64,000 nt of DNA from Azolla caroliniana. Lineage: Eukaryota; Plantae; Polypodiophyta. Positions 14,800 to 25,917 of the stretch are shown here, piece after piece (position 1 is the first letter of the stretch; the number at the start of each line of letters is the position of its first letter). The stretch is taken from contig JBHGNT010000014.1 of assembly GCA_043228905.1 (NCBI GenBank), forward strand, positions 20,832,001 to 20,896,000. The letters are read 5' to 3'. Both the position numbers and the translations under genes were made by a program. Under the pieces are notes generated by a model. The model made no database searches and was not told where the DNA came from. It saw only the letters and a list, made by a program, of their open reading frames with translations.

Positions 14800-15377
14800 A
14801 CATAAATCTGCAGGAAAGTAGGGCTTCGTCTGAGGTCCACCGAAAAACCTTCAGCCACTGCTGCTGCTTCATTTTGTTTCCTTGAGGAGAGAGAGAGAGA
14901 GAGAGGTGTGATCAGCAACGCGAGGCAAGGCTAAGACGAAGGAAGAAATCTAAAAAGAAGAAAGCGAAGGGAAGAAATATGGCGCCTTCCATTTTCAAAA
15001 TTTCCACACACTCCCAAGTTCCAACTTTCTCTCTCTCTCTCTCTAAGTCTGTATGTGGGCGCGTCTGTACGTTCTTTTAACTGATTTATGTCCGGACTGA
15101 CATGTCAATGTAGGACGAAACAAATATGTAAGAGCTGCCCATTTCCTTTTCGTCCAGTGATAAGAGATGCGGAACGAAGAGAGCGAGAGAGATAGATAGA
15201 TAGATAGATTATATTATCGTCTTCAGAGGTCAAATATGACCTATGAGACCAAAAATATTACATTTCACGTGATACGTGTGAAAGTGAGTAGTGACTCTCG
15301 ATGTTCAAGAACTTTACCAATGAATGTTGCAATCGAGAGTGCACATTGTGGTTGTGAGAGGAATTCATGCAAAGATT

Positions 15378-15417
<40 letters not shown>

Positions 15418-15419
15418 AG

Positions 15420-15850
15420 GCCCAGATGGATGTAGCTCAGTTGGTAAGGTTGCCCAATGGAGACCAGGTGGTCATGGGTTCAACCCCTACATTCCACATA
15501 GGTATTTAGAGAATTAAAAGTATATGAAGTATATAATAGAGAGGTGAGGAAATTGGGTTTCAAACCCATGACGTAGTGCTTGTAGTGTTAACAACCTACC
15601 ATTAGGGTAAGGTAATTATGAGAAAAAAGAAGAAGAGAAAGAGACTAGATCCTTGATAAGGTTGCCCAATGGAGACCAGGAGGTCATGGGTTTAGCCCCT
15701 ACATTCCATAGTGGCATCTAGTGAATTAAGAGATAGAGATATGTATGAAGTACATATGTAATAGAGATGTGAGTAAAATTAGGTTTTGAACCCAAGTTAT
15801 AGTGACTTGTAGTGTAACAACTTATCGATACAATAAGCTAATTACAATAA
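15420..15850. mobile_element. Two tandem copies of a tRNA-derived (SINE-like) unit with convergent tRNA-like halves
   Basis: A-box TAGCTCAGTTGG at 15433 and B-box-like GGGTTCAACCCC at 15476. Opposite-strand half reads GTCATGGGTTTGAAACCC (15555-15572). The unit repeats at ~15655-15850. Confidence 0.5.
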
Positions 15851-16814
15851 AAAAAGAGAGAGAAATGAAGTAGTCATTGTTATGTAATTACCGATATTGC
15901 TTCCTACTTGGTACCAACTCATCTAATACGATGTGTACTTGGGATTTTTATGTGCACATGCATGTTTATGTATTATATGCATATATGAGCTTGTGTGTGT
16001 GTGTGTTTCCGTAGGATTAAAAAGCAAAACAAATGGGAGGAAGTATTAGTCAAGCAACCATAGGTTTGCTTGATGAAGAAACTTGTTGGGGTCTTAACAA
16101 GAGAACATTTGTGTTCTCTTGTGGAGGGCCTTCATGGGTTTGGATAAGCTCCGTAATGTAAAATTGCTTGAGAAACACTATTTCAAGTAGTGAGTTGACA
16201 AGTATCTCACTTGATCCTCCACAAGAGAATGATTTTGTTTTGTCGTGATGAGTTCTCACGCATCGGGCCTTTATAGGAGACCCAAATAGATTAATTGGAG
16301 GAAGGTTTATAAAAGCTCGTGAATAATAAACAACAATATCCCAGTCTAAACATAATCATATAGGAGTTAAGACCATGTACATGGGGCGAAAGCAAGATAA
16401 GAGAAAAAGAGTTGGATCGTATTCTTCATTTGGTTTCACGAGTCTATGATCGACAACCATGTCGCTTTGGTTGTAGTAGTTCTCCCACATGCTCTAGTGA
16501 TTCACAATCCATGACATTCGTTTTAGGCATGGGAAATCAATTGGCTCCTAAAAGATGCCACTTAAGCTTGCACTCAAAGAACAAAAGGAATAAGAAATGA
16601 TGACACAAGTTAAGGTGAAGCCATATTGTTGGGAAATTGACAATGGTTGCATGAGAAAAAAGTAGGGTTTGGTGTCACAATACAGTGACATAAGATATAT
16701 AGTTGATGAGGATTGAACCTACAACCTCACGTCATGCTCAACCATTCTGATATATACTTGATCTATCGTGAAGGCATAATGATGGGCCATATATTTGTTG
16801 TTGTGAAGATTTCG

Positions 16815-17210
16815 GGCTACGGTGAGAAAACCGGATGGAATGGGCAAAGTCGTCGATGTGCACATGTACATTAGGAAATGTATATAAAATAATAGGGGAT
16901 ATTTATCCCACCTTGTAACGTCCTCCCCTCCTTGGACTATAAAAGGAGGGTATACCACTTAGATCTAGGGTTGGTAGTTTTCTCTTTTTCTTATTTTCCT
17001 TAGGGTTTCATTTAGGTCTTCTTCTTCGTCATCATGGGGGTTGGGTTTCTCTTTTTGAGTGGAGTCTTGTTAGTTCGTATAGTAGGGTTTGGTGTTTCCT
17101 TTCTGTGAGGGTTGCGTGGTTCTGAGTTCGTGTGCTTTGAAGGTTCCAGTTCCGATTCTGCTTCTGTCTCTGGCGCAAGACCCCACTTGGCGCGATAATC
17201 AACCATATAA
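16815..17210 (+). mobile_element. Relic of a gypsy-F-related element (internal TATA region)
   Basis: 16901-16972 (atttatccca..tgtaacg..ctataaaagg..ttagatctagggtt) is similar to the reverse complement of 40457-40569. Confidence 0.6.
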
Positions 17211-18635
17211 TCCATCCATTTACTGTTTTAACGAATCACAAATCCGTGCAATACTTTGAAAGGCAAGATGGGCGGAGTTGATGCAATACTTTGATTTCGA
17301 AATTAGATATCGAAAAGGGGCTTTGAATTCCGTTGTAGATGCCTTGAGTCGTATTCCAAAAATTAATGCCCTAAGTTTCGTGGAATTTAACAATGACTTA
17401 TATGATTTAATCCGGGGTAAACAAAAATACCTTGATGACAGAACATTTTCGAAGTTCTGTAAGAGAGCTGAAACAGATATTGACGTCGATCTGGAACCAC
17501 ATCTACCCCGAAGAACCTTTATTGTGTTGCATATGGGTTATTGTACCGCAATAGTAAGGTTTGCATACCACACACAAAGGACATCAAGAATAAAATTCTG
17601 TATGAATGTCATGATGCCCCTTATGTTGGTCATCCAAGCGTGCAAAGAACATTAGCTTTGATTAAAGCTAGGTTTTTCTGGCCCAAAATGAAGCCTGAGG
17701 TAGAGTCCTATGTCATTCGATGTCCACAATGTCAGGTCATTAAGGTTGAGCAACAGAAAAAGCTGGCTTATTGCAACCTCTCAATATTCCAGCTAAAAAG
17801 TGGCAAAGTATATCCATGGATTTTGTTGAGAATCAAGCTCAACTTGGTCTAGAGTGTGAACTCACCTTGAGAGTGAAGAGATACTCCAACGGTCAAGAGT
17901 CACCATTATGTCACCACTTTGTATTCTAGCATTTAGTATGAGTCATAGAACCATATTTTATGACACATAACTTATGAGCTTTCACATTCCCCATGCTCCT
18001 TGAGTCTTGTAGTTAATGAAGAGAGAGGGTGACTACATAAAGCACCCTCCTCCCACCTTGTATAATGTTGAATCTTTCTCCTTTGTCAATATACTTTTAC
18101 CTTGCGTATTCTCTGTGTTTCTCTCTCTCTCTCTCTCCCTCTCTCTCTTTCTCTTCCACACACACATAACTCACATCTCTTCCACTTCACAAGAATCCAT
18201 CTCTTGATTCTTTACATGGTATCAGAGCGATTTGGTAGCTCGATCTAGCCCATTCGCCTCATCGTGATCGTGTGTTGTGCTCTACGTCGATGACCAAGAA
18301 CCAGCTCATCGCTATCGTAGCTTCGCTACATAGCTCGCATTCGAAGAGAGAAGAAGAAGAAGTATCGACATAATTGTAAACGTGAGTGTTTGCGGAAGCG
18401 TAAAACAGAGAACAACAGAGAGAGAGAGAGAGAGAGCAGAACGTAATTTCAAAATTATATCAAGACTCTGTATCCACACTGTGCTAAGTAGCACTATTTA
18501 TACAAGTCCTCTTGGGACTGACAGAAGTACCATGTACTTCAATGCTCACACGAGCATCTGACACTTACTACGAGACTATAACTACCTAGTAGTCTATCCT
18601 ATACTAGGCTTCTGATTGGACTGCTGGTTACGGAT

Positions 18636-18905
18636 TGACGGGAACTCAAGGCTCCTTATGTCCAACGCTCAGCCACAACCGAGCGTCTTTTTATACACAG
18701 AAAAACGGGAAACAAATGCACGACACAAAGGAGAGAAATTACACAGGAGGTTTATGTGGAAAACCCCAAACTAGGGAAAAAACCACGGCAGCCCACAGGC
18801 TGCAAACTGTCACTATGTAATAATGTACAAAACAGTGAGTTCACGGAGGCAACGACCTCGTGCTCACGATCTTCGCCACAGGCGGCGGTTACAACAGAGG
18901 CAACG

Positions 18906-18956
<51 letters not shown>

Positions 18957-19541
18957 TACATAGTTACGTGCTGACTCTTCTTCTTGCACCAACAAGAAAA
19001 ATAATGACAACAACCACTAAAAAAGCTTGCCCTAAGTCATATTTATACTAATATGACTTTTCGGCTATTTACAAATGTAGCCTCGATGGGCTCTCAGAAA
19101 CATATTTACGAATATGTCTCTTCCTCCGGTTCGCACCGGGTCTACGTCATCCGGCTCTCCGTAGCCGGGTACTCCTCATCCGGTTCACACCGGGCCTGCA
19201 CCATTCGACTCTTCGTAGCCGAGTACTCCTCATCCGGTCTTCACCGGGTCTGCATCATCCGGCTCTCCGTAGCCGGGTACTCCTCATCCGGTCTTCACCG
19301 GGTCTGCATCATTGGGCTCTCCGTAGCCGGGTACTCCTCATCCGGTCTTCACCGGGTCTGCATCATCCGGCTCTCCGTAGCCAAGTACTCCTCATCCGGT
19401 CTTCATCGGGTCTGCATCATCCGGCTCTCCGTAGCCGAGTACTCCTCATCCGGTATCGGCCTCAGCCTATCGGCCTCGACCGAGTTTGTTCATCGACACT
19501 GTTCTTCTCCCTTCCCATCCGGAGGGACCTGTCTCCCAACA
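18636..19541 (-). mobile_element. Solo LTR C inserted in B's 3' LTR
   Basis: 906 bp with TG..CA ends and TSD CGGAT (18631-18635 / 19542-19546); absent from B's other LTR. Strand is tentative. Confidence 0.85.
19122..19452. repeat. About 6 x 54-bp tandem array inside solo LTR C
   Basis: Unit tactcctcatccggtcttcaccgggtctgcatcatccggctctccgtagccggg. Confidence 0.9.
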
Positions 19542-22372
19542 CGGATTGCATCCGGCCTCCACTGCTTGTCGATTCGGTTGCTCACCGTCATACCGATCCG
19601 TTTCGCCCAATCCGTCTCGCTTACCGGCTCCGGCTTATTCAGCCGATCCGGCTCCGGTTGAGCTTGCCGCTCAACACTCCCCCTCAAGCTCAACCTGAGG
19701 TGGGGTCGTAGTGTCGACCTCTGTGGCAGTCGGTTCTTCCAACCGACTTCTCCTGGCGTCACTCCGCCTTGCTTGCGCTCCTCGTCCGGTCCGGTTCCGT
19801 TTGCCGCGACCCCTTTGGTTCTGCGCGCCTCGACCCTCTCGGTCGGCATGTCTGCTCAATAGGCCCATCTCAGCACTCACGTTGCTGTGACTCCGACGCT
19901 TGCCGATCCGTCGGTTCTCCCACGATGGCATCGACTTCCACTGTGTCCGTGTCCCCTTGGCCTTTAGTCGATCCGACTCATCCGGATCCATCTGTTAATC
20001 CGAGTCAACTGTCTCCGACTCGTTCCAGCTCTTGTTCGAATCGGTACACTCCGATTCGACTTCCGGCTCCAGGCCTCTCACCACATCGGACCACTTCCGA
20101 GTCTTGGCCTTCTCCATGCTTCCCTCGGCTTCTTCAGCCGGTGAACCGAAATCGAATTCTTCATTCGACTCTGTATCATGGTCAGTACCGTCGTGATGAC
20201 CTCCGCACAACATGCACTTCTCTTCCTGAGTGCACAACTCTTCTTCACAGCCGCTTGCTCCGACCTATTCGGATGTGTCGACTTCCTTTGTCGACTTGGC
20301 TTCCTTCATCTTCTTGTCTCCTCTTCTTCCGGCTCTCCTCTTACCGACGGGTTCAACAATTTTTTGGCCTTTGCCTGTTTCGGTAGAGACTTTGCCCTTG
20401 CTTCTCCCCCTCAAGTGCGGCACGTCGAGATGCTGAATACCAAGCATGTTGGTAAAGTGCTGCAACTTGTCCGATCCGAGCGGCTTGGTGAAGATGTCGG
20501 CAACTTGCCGATCCGTATGAACATACCGTAGGTCAACTTCACCGCTCAGGACCCGCTCACGCACGAAGTGGTAGTGCACCTCGATGTGCTTTGTGTGAGC
20601 ATGGAACACAGGGTTCCTGGCGAGCTGCAGGCTACTCATGTTATCGCAGTAAATCGGGATCAGGGTCGGTACCTCGATCCGCAAGTCTCGCAGCAGTCGC
20701 CGAAGCCAAATGGCTTCACAAGTGGCAATGGTAGCGGCCCGGTACTCAGCCTCAGTGCTTGACAAAGCCACTGTGGGCTGCTTCTTGCTGCTCCATGCAA
20801 CGGCCGCGCTACCTATGGAGAACATGTATTCGGAAGTGGAGCGGCGATCAGACGCATCGCCGGCCCAATCAGCATCTGTGTAACCGACAAGCTCTTCGGG
20901 TATACCTCGCCGGTATAGCAAACCCTGGTCCTTAGTGCCGTTGACATACTGTAATATTCGTTGCGCGCACTGAAGGTGCTCCACGGTCGGCTTCTGCATG
21001 AACTGACTTACCATGCCGACCGGATAGCTGATGTCGGGTCAGGTGATGGTTAAGTAGATCAGGCTTCCGACAACCTTTCGGAACCGTTTCTCATTGCAGG
21101 TCGGTCCGGAGTTGGGACGGAGCTTCTGGTTCCGGTCCAGGGGTGTGGAGACAGGTCGGCAATCCGTCATGCCGAACTTATACATCATATTCAACACGTA
21201 ATGTCGTTGTGAGAGCAATATGCCGTCGGGGGTCCGGATCACTTCGATCCCAAGAAAATAATGAAGGTCCCCCAGGTCCTTCATTTCGAATGCGTCCGAC
21301 AACTGGGACTTGAGGCGGTTGATTTCGGGAAGACCCGGTCCGATGATGACTAAATCATCCACATACAAGAGTATACATATCGGACTGTCAGAGCCTTGCC
21401 GGAGGAACAACGAAGAGTCCGACTTAGAGACAGCAAACCCCAGCTTACGCAACCGGTGCATGATCTTCGCGTTCCAAGCTCGGGGAGCTTGCTTCAAGTC
21501 GTAAGGCGACTTCTTCAATCGGCATACCGCCGACTTGTTCATCTCCGATTGAAATTCGGGGGGCTGAGTCATAAAGACTTCTTCTGCAAGCTCTCCTTGA
21601 AGGAAGGCGTTCTTCACATCCATCTGGTGAAGATGCTTCCCGGAACTGCTGTCGGCACACTCATAGTGCCTCCGTTCCTGCTTTTGCCGGCTGCCTCCAT
21701 TGCGTGCCGACCCACCTCTTCCACCACGCCCACGGAACCGATCTGTTCCCGTGTACAACATTCGACTGTCCGGGGATGCACTGGTAGATGCACCGACGTG
21801 GTTCTCCTCTGCAAGGAGCATCGACTGTAAGTCGAAGAATGAGGGGGTATTCTCCCTTGTACACACTGCAGTCCGGAACGCTCCGAACTTGGACGCTAGG
21901 CCTCCGAGACATACCTGCACCATCTCGTCTTCCTCTACGGTAACATTGATAGAGGCGAGCGAGTCGCAGATCTCCTTTATCCAGCCCGTGTAGTCTGCCA
22001 TAGACATGTTCTTCTGTCGAACATTGCTCAACTCCTGTCTGAGTTGCAACTTCTGGGCAGTGGTGCTTGCGGCGAAAACCTTTTTCAGGTTCCCCCAAGC
22101 ATCCTTCAGTGTCTTGGCGTCACGGATGTGGCTGAGCAGCTGATCGCCGACACTGGACGCGAAGCAGTACATCACCCTGCTTGCCGCTTGTTCCCATACC
22201 GGGAAGTCCTTGTGTGCCGAGTCGGGTGCCACATCATTCGCTCCTTCAACATAACTCCAGTACCTGTGTCCAAGCAGGTACTGGTGCATCTTGTAAGACC
22301 AGGATGCGTAGTTGCTCCTGTCGAGCTTCTCCACCGGGAGCGACGTAGCCATGCCTCTATCCATGTCTTCTA

Positions 22373-22498
22373 CTGTGTCTGTTTTCGACCTGTTAGGGTT
22401 TTCTTCTCAAGAGTAAATGTCTGCAACAGAGGTTCTCAACCCTCGCGCTCTGATACCATGTAAACGTGAGTGTTTGCGGAAGCGTAAAACAGAGAACA

Positions 22499-22549
<51 letters not shown>

Positions 22550-25400
22550 AGAACGTAATTTCAAAATTATATCAAGACTCTGTATCCACACTGGGCTAAG
22601 TAGCACTATTTATACAAGTCCTCTTGGGACTGACAGAAGTACCATGTACTTCAATGCTCACACGAGCATCTGACACTTACTACGAGACTATAGCTACCTA
22701 GTAGTCTATCCTATACTAGGCTTCCGATTGGACTGCCGGTTACGGATTGCACCCAGCCTCCACTGCTTGCCGGTTCGGTTGCTCACCGTCATACCGATCC
22801 GTTTCGCCCGATCCGTCTCGCTTACCGGCTCCGGCTTATTCAGCCGATCCGGCTCCGGTTGAGCTTGCCGCTCAACAATAATGAATACTCAAATGGGGAG
22901 CGCTCTCCCTACCGAGAAGTTGGATCGAAACAACTTCGCATATTGGGAGTACAAGATGCACCAATACCTTGTCAAACAAGGCTATTGGAGCTACATCAAA
23001 GGAGCGCATGAAGACCGACCCGCCGAAGCGGCTCCCGGATACACGACATGGGAGTAAGCCGCAAGCCGCGTGATGTATTGTTTGGCGACATGTGTTCACG
23101 ACCACATGCTCGGTTATATTCGAGAAGCCAAGATGCTGAAGGAAGCGTGGGAAAATCTACAAAAGATTTTCGCCGCCAACACGACCGCGAGGAAGCTTCA
23201 ACTCCGCCAAGAGTTGAACAACATTCAACAAAAGGACATGTCCATCACGACATACACCATGAAGATAAGGAGCTTTACGACTCGCTCGGCTTAATAAGCG
23301 TAAGTATAGATGATGATGAGATGGTGCAAATATGCCTCGGCGGCCTCGCACCACGGTTCGGCGCGATGCGAACCGCCGTTCTAGCACGGGAGAAATCTCC
23401 CTCCTTCTTCGAGCTCCAATCAATGCTATTGGTCGAAGAAAACCACATGTGTACAAGGAGCAATGAGTCGGAAGGCCACATGCTCTACACGCACTCTAAT
23501 GGAGGAAGAGGATGCGGACGAGCGAGAGGCCGATTCGGCCAAGGACAAGGCGGACGAGGTCCGACCTACGACAACAAATCCCAATTTCGGCCGCAAAATG
23601 GAGGCCAACGAGGAACCTTCGCAAGAAGGGGGAGCTTCCACTCCGGCCCGAGCCGTCAAAACGCAACCGAATGCAGATATTGCGGAAAGCTCGGCCACCA
23701 CGAAGAAGAGTGCCAAAAGAAGATGCGTGAATCAGCTTCCATAAGCCGACAACTCACGAATTACGCACAACACTCCGACTACGAAGATCGTGGCGGAATG
23801 TATGCGCACAACTCCAACCGTGGCGGAATGTTCATGATGAAACATTGAGCAAACTCTATGTCGGCCGCTACCTCAACTAGTGCCTCCGGTCCGGAAGGCG
23901 TATGGTTCGTCGATTCTGGTGCCTCGAACCATATGACATCGCATCAAGAATGGTTCCGAGAACTTCAAAAGCCGGAACGACCCGGCTTTGTCGAAACCGG
24001 AGACGACACTACGCACCCGATTCGGCACATTGGCAATGTTCCGTTCGGAAAAGAAGGTAAGCAAAATTACATTAAAAATGTCTTGCATGTACCTACCATT
24101 ACGAAGAATTTGGTCTCCGTCAGCCAAATTGTAGAGCAAGGGATGCAAGTTCGATTTAATCAAGGCGGTTGCTTCATCGAAAAAGAGGGCCGACTCATCG
24201 CACGCGGACGAAGAGAGGGCCGGATGTTTATTCTTGATTCACGCGAGATGAAATCCGCCATGTTCGCGAACAACACGAAAGCCGACTCCGACATAGAGTT
24301 ATGGCACAAGCGAATCGGCCACATCAATCTCAACAAACTCAAAGGAATGAAATCGAAAGGAGTCGTCATCGGACTCCCGACATTCAAAGAGAAGGAGATT
24401 GAAGGTGCATGCGAAGCGTGCCAATTCGGCAAGCAACACCGACACCCATTCCCGAAAGAGCGGAACGTGAGCAAATGTCTACTCGACGTAGTCCGTTCCG
24501 ACGTATGGGGACCGGCGTAGACGGCTACATTCGGCGGATGCCGATATTACGTGCTCTTCATCGACGACTTCTCTAGGCACACTTGGATCTACCCGATGCG
24601 GCAAAAGAGCGAAGTGTTCGGACACTTCCAAAATTTCAAGAATGAAGTCGAGAAAGCCACGGCCCGACATGTACGATGCCTTCGATCGGATGGCGGCAAG
24701 GAGTATGTTGAGAGACAAGCTCAACATCGGCCGGATCGGCTGAAGAAGCCGAGGACCGGATCGGTTGGGACTGATCGGTTAGGCCGAATGCGTAAACCGG
24801 TACGCAGACCGGTGCGTAGGTAGGACCGGATCGGTGCGTAAACCGGGAGGCCATTAGGAAAGATATTCCGTGAGGAATATATTTGGGAGTTAGTGTAGGA
24901 GCTCTTACTGAGCATTGAAGTACTGTCAGTACTTCGGTCAGTCCTTCTAGGACTTGTATAAAAGTGTTCATTGAACACACATATGTATAGAGTGTGGTGA
25001 ATAGAGATTGAGTACTTTTGTTGAATATAGTTCTTGTCTTCTCTCTCTCTCTCACTCTCTCTGTCTCTCCCGCGTATACTGCGTAAGCTCAAGCTCTCCA
25101 TTAAACCTGAGTTTTCTTCCTTCTGTTCGGTCTTCATACTTGCTTCCGCACGTTACTTTTTACATGGTATCAGAGCGCGAGGGTTGAGAACCTCTCTGCA
25201 GCCGACACAACTTGACGAAGAAGAACAAGAAGAACGATGGATAGAGGCATGGCGAGCTCGCTTCCAACAGAGAAGCTCAACAGAACCAACTACGCGTCTT
25301 GGTCCTACAAGATGCACTAGTACCTACTCGGGCACGACTACTGGAGCTATGTCGAAGGAGCTAATGACGTGGCACCCGAATCGACACATAGAGACTTACC
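22373..25400 (+). repeat. Copy 1 of a 3.0-kb direct duplication
   Basis: Matches 27489-30534. ORF translations are identical at offset 5134; the only visible difference is (GA)n length (18 bp). Confidence 0.95.
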
Positions 25401-25642
25401 AATTATTGCTATGACCGTAGGATCGTGACAAGGAGTGCGAGCGAACTAGCACAACTATTGAGATGATATGGGAAGAGTAAGAAAAGAAATAAAGCAATGA
25501 TGCAAGTGAAACTAAGGTGAGTAGGATTAGAGGTGACCAAGAGTAAAAGAGAATGAGAGAATGAGATGAAAGAAGAAGAGAAGAAGAGAAGAGTGAGTGA
25601 GAAAAGAGAAAAGAGAAAAGCTTAAGAAATTTTCATTAGAAA

Positions 25643-25694
25643 GACCTTGTGCAAACTAGTTTCGCTCTAGGTAGAGCTCATCAGTGCCAAGGTC
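25643..25694 (-). ncRNA. Minimal type I hammerhead ribozyme
   Basis: GACCUUG-GCA-CUGAUGA-GCUCU(ACCU)AGAGC-GAAA-CUAG-UU-UGC-A-CAAGGUC: intact core, 5-bp stem II, palindromic minimal stem III (ACUAGU), GUU cleavage triplet, 10-bp stem I with one bulge. Confidence 0.88.
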
Positions 25695-25713
25695 ATTTAC
25701 AACAAGAGGGTAG

Positions 25714-25722
25714 GTTTATATA
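25714..25722 (-). promoter_or_regulatory. TATA box of the PLE pseudo-LTR
   Basis: CTATATAAA about 20 nt upstream of the hammerhead. Confidence 0.55.
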
Positions 25723-25728
25723 GGGGGA

Positions 25729-25769
<41 letters not shown>

Positions 25770-25917
25770 GGAGTTTAATGATGGGAGAGAGGGAAACGGG
25801 GAATTGTGATAGGTAATGGATTGGTTAGTGAAAGTGGGTTAGAGGGGGGTTATATGTATGTACATGATAAGTGATAGGTGGGGGTGGGTGTGGGGGTGGG
25901 ATAAAAGGCATATAGTA

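Larger units (their letters stand above)
18375..22877 (-). mobile_element. Ty1/copia element B, internal-deletion derivative (gag fused to mid-RT)
   Basis: LTRs 18375-19676 (interrupted by C) and 22459-22877, TSD ATAAT, PBS 22447-22458, PPT 19677-19687. ORF 21039-22364 reads gag..ADSSSGK|HLHQMDVKNAFLQG..YVDD; RNase H in 20265-21014. Confidence 0.92.

Noticed and set aside
15428-15500. Functional tRNA gene
   Set aside because: No convincing anticodon arm or full cloverleaf; duplicated and decayed.
16914-17210. TGTAAC.. as the 5' LTR of the chromovirus
   Set aside because: No similarity to the 3' LTR (62268-62657) and no PBS; it matches F's internal region instead.
19122-19452. CRISPR-like array
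   Set aside because: Contiguous repeats with no unique spacers; eukaryotic context.
19053-19661. 202-aa ORF with 18-aa repeats
   Set aside because: By-product of the 54-bp array inside a solo LTR; it crosses the element boundary.
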